Assembly: GCA_030625885.1 (NCBI GenBank)
Contig: DAOUPZ010000010.1
Location: 29,812-93,811, forward strand
From: Clostridia bacterium
Lineage (GTDB): Bacteria > Bacillota > DAOUPZ01
Direction: 5' to 3'
DNA: 64,000 bases
A program made the translations under genes and the position numbers. Below are positions 61,621-64,000 of the stretch, in pieces. A model generated the notes under the pieces. The model did not search any database, was not told the origin of the DNA, and saw only the letters and a program-made list of their open reading frames with translations. Numbering within the stretch: the first letter of the stretch is position 1; each line of letters begins with the position of its first letter.

Positions 61621-61706
61621 TCGTAGACTATTTTTTATCATATTATTCCTACCAATGGCATATATATCAATAAGAGGAAAATAGTGATAAGTAGAGGGAG
61701 ACGAGC

Positions 61707-62948
61707 ATGAAAAAGTTAAAACGTTTGATGATAAAGATGATTTGTATACTTGGTTTATGCGGGGTGATCTGGTTTGTTTTATTGCAGAATCCTAAATTTA
61801 TTGTGCAAAATGAGTATTATCAAAAGGCTTACAACGGGTTAGCCTATCATTGGACGGTTCATCAGGATCTTGTTAAGATAGATGATGAACAAGAGCAAAA
61901 CCTAATTCAGTGTTATGAAAATTTTTTAACCCCCCATGAAATGGGTTTGCTTCAACAAAAAAAAATAATAGTTCTGCAGCCTGATGAGGTGCTATTACGG
62001 GAGGCACTGGGGGAAGAAATAGCTGAGGATATTTTTCCAATATTAGTTTATACACCGCACGAAAAGAAAGAAAATAATATTTGTGAAGAGATGAAAAAGC
62101 TATCTGATGTGGTTAGAGCAGCTCATAACTTACATATCAAGGTAATTGTGGATTGCTCATATTCTGATCGGTTAAGACGTATGCCAGAGGGATTTAATAG
62201 CGTTCTTCTTTGTAAACAATATGGTATCCGACGGATTGTTGTTTTTGATGGAGGGCATCATTTGGCTTCATTACCTTTGAATCCGGATTTTATTTTACTC
62301 CCTTTAACAGCTGTTGGTAACCATATGAGATATGTTAATCACGCCTTTATGCGGGATGCGATACCTCTTAATAATGTAAGTGAGATTGTTAATCATTTGG
62401 AATTAGATACAGTGATGATGCATACTTCGCGAATTCGTACGATTGCTAAGACCAAAGGGTCTATGGGTGAATTGGCTCGTCAAATTCTCATAAAAGGGGA
62501 TAAAGCAAGAGAAGATTTATCAGTTATGGCAGGAGAATATCAGACTGAATGGTCATCATATGCTATGGATCAAGTGCAGGCCAGAGATTGTATGGTAATT
62601 GCGCCCAAACAAACGGCAATGATTTATATTTCTCAATGGCAAGAAGATGCTGAACATATTTTAGGGCAAATAGAAAAGCAGGTTACAGAAGCATTAAGCG
62701 AAAATCCCATAAAAACATTTTATATTGCTATTGATTATGGGGATAGTACGATAAAATCATTAGGGAAAAAAATAGTCAATCCGACAATTTTGGAGGAGAA
62801 GGTTAAAAAAATAGGAGATACGCACAATCTTAAAATTAAAATTGTTAACATCCCGTATTCAGGATGGGATTTGTATTGGCAGAAAATAATTGGTTTTGTG
62901 AAACAAAAAAAGGATTTGGTTCGCCAAATCCTTTCCTTTCATTTATAA
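61707..62948 (+). CDS. Hypothetical membrane-anchored protein.
   Basis: N-terminal signal-anchor MKKLKRLMIKMICILGLCGVIWFVLL. 413 aa. No motif recognised. Confidence 0.5.
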   Translation: MKKLKRLMIKMICILGLCGVIWFVLLQNPKFIVQNEYYQKAYNGLAYHWTVHQDLVKIDDEQEQNLIQCYENFLTPHEMGLLQQKKIIVLQPDEVLLREALGEEIAEDIFPILVYTPHEKKENNICEEMKKLSDVVRAAHNLHIKVIVDCSYSDRLRRMPEGFNSVLLCKQYGIRRIVVFDGGHHLASLPLNPDFILLPLTAVGNHMRYVNHAFMRDAIPLNNVSEIVNHLELDTVMMHTSRIRTIAKTKGSMGELARQILIKGDKAREDLSVMAGEYQTEWSSYAMDQVQARDCMVIAPKQTAMIYISQWQEDAEHILGQIEKQVTEALSENPIKTFYIAIDYGDSTIKSLGKKIVNPTILEEKVKKIGDTHNLKIKIVNIPYSGWDLYWQKIIGFVKQKKDLVRQILSFHL

Positions 62949-63134
62949 CGCACGTTGCACTTTTCCTGCTTTTAAACATTTTGTACAAACATGGACCCGT
63001 TTAGGAGTGCCGTTAACAATGGCTTTGACTTTTTGTACGTTAGGAGCCCATTGTCTGTTTGAAACGCGATGGGAGTGACTCACTTTATTTCCAAAAGTAA
63101 CGGTTTTGCCACAAATTTCACATTTTTTAGACAT
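62943..63134 (-). CDS. rpmB: 50S ribosomal protein L28.
   Basis: MSKKCEICGKTVTFGNKVSHSHRVSNRQWAPNVQKV. Confidence 0.9.
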   Translation of the reverse strand: MSKKCEICGKTVTFGNKVSHSHRVSNRQWAPNVQKVKAIVNGTPKRVHVCTKCLKAGKVQRAL

Positions 63135-63268
63135 CTATTCCACCTCCTTCAAGACGAGAAGCTTTACAATAAATACTGTTTAGATAAAATTAACTCAATA
63201 AGTATTTTATCATATATTATAGTAAGTTGACAAGAGATAAAGAAATTTTCAATTTATATAATTGGTGT

Positions 63269-64000
63269 TTATTCAACGCCAATTATATAGTAGTACAGTG
63301 GTTGGCCGCCATTATGACACTCAACTTCACAGTCTGGATATAATGACTCAATATTTTCTGCTAATGTTGCAGCCGTTTCTTTATTAATATCTTGACCATA
63401 AATTAAAGTGATGATTTCACTTTCATCATCAACCATTTTTGACAGAACTTCCATTGTAATTTCTTCAATGTTTTTACCAACATATTGAATATGATTGTCA
63501 ATTAATCCGAGAATATCGTCTTTTTGAATTGCCTTGCCTTCATAATTGGAATCACGAACAGCATAAGTAATTTCTCCTGTTTTAACTTTTTGAAGTGCAT
63601 TGCACATGGCACTTTCATTTTCTTCACGTGATGCATTTTCGTTGAAGGCTAGAATAGCCGTAATACCTTCCATGAGTGTTGTAGAAGGAATAAGGGTAAC
63701 GGATTGATCACTTATTTCCTTTGCTTGTTGAGCCGCGAGAATAATATTTTTGTTATTAGGCAAAATGTAAATTTCATCACTGTTAATACTGTCAATACTT
63801 TGAAGAATATCTTCAGTACTGGGATTCATTGTTTGTCCGCCTGTGATGATTTCATCCACTCTCAAGTTTTGTAATAATGCTTTAATACCTTCACCTGCAG
63901 CAACACTGATAAAACCATAGGGTTTTTTAGGAATAGATTGACTTGCGGCAGCTTCATCATAGGGTAAAGATTCTTTTTGCGTTTGGAATTCTTTGCTTTG
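63269..64000 (-). CDS. fakA: C-terminal part of the DAK2-domain fatty-acid kinase subunit (YloV/FakA-like). The 5' end lies beyond the window.
   Basis: The ORF is open to the window edge and ends …ECHNGGQPLYYYIIGVE, as in YloV/FakA. Position next to rpmB as in Bacillus. Confidence 0.65.
   Translation of the reverse strand, partial: QSKEFQTQKESLPYDEAAASQSIPKKPYGFISVAAGEGIKALLQNLRVDEIITGGQTMNPSTEDILQSIDSINSDEIYILPNNKNIILAAQQAKEISDQSVTLIPSTTLMEGITAILAFNENASREENESAMCNALQKVKTGEITYAVRDSNYEGKAIQKDDILGLIDNHIQYVGKNIEEITMEVLSKMVDDESEIITLIYGQDINKETAATLAENIESLYPDCEVECHNGGQPLYYYIIGVE

Noticed and set aside
1-64000. Search for tRNA, rRNA or tmRNA genes
   Set aside because: No cloverleaf-compatible GC-rich ~75-nt segments or rRNA-like conserved blocks were seen, and the intergenic GC-rich stretches are all explained by riboswitches or terminators.

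Overview
The window is about 40% GC and looks like Firmicutes chromosome (Clostridia or Negativicutes). The right-hand 25 kb is a conserved housekeeping block: dapF–yicC–remA–gmk–rpoZ–coaBC–metK–priA–def–fmt–DUF116–Zn-peptidase–rsmB–rlmN–stp–prkC–rsgA–rpe, then an FMN-riboswitch-controlled ribD-ribE-ribBA-ribH operon, rpmB and the 3' end of fakA. The middle carries metabolic and regulatory genes (SAM-I riboswitch-controlled transporter, a YtrA-like GntR/ABC operon, Fur-family regulator, reverse rubrerythrin, a LytS/LytTR pair divergent from acs–DUF4212–SSS symporter, nfo, a LuxR regulator, an NCS1 permease, glnA, rqcH). The left 6 kb is compositionally distinct and very AT-rich. It holds a translationally coupled operon of ORFans: the 3' end of an upstream gene, a 1042-aa protein with no recognisable motif, a ParA/MinD-type deviant-Walker-A ATPase, and an HD-domain plus zinc-ribbon protein. 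I consider this the best candidate for an undescribed, horizontally acquired defence-like system. Next to it, a structured ~110-nt direct repeat (hairpin, T-run and conserved flanks, with compensatory stem changes) brackets a 3-kb cassette carrying an MNT/HEPN toxin–antitoxin pair, a flavodoxin-like protein and a radical SAM enzyme. Intergenic regions throughout are unusually rich in tandem heptamer repeats and a dispersed ~150-bp repeat family. A second pair of conserved ~110-nt leader-like elements precedes two adjacent genes at 19.2–19.9 kb. No rRNA, tRNA or CRISPR array was found.
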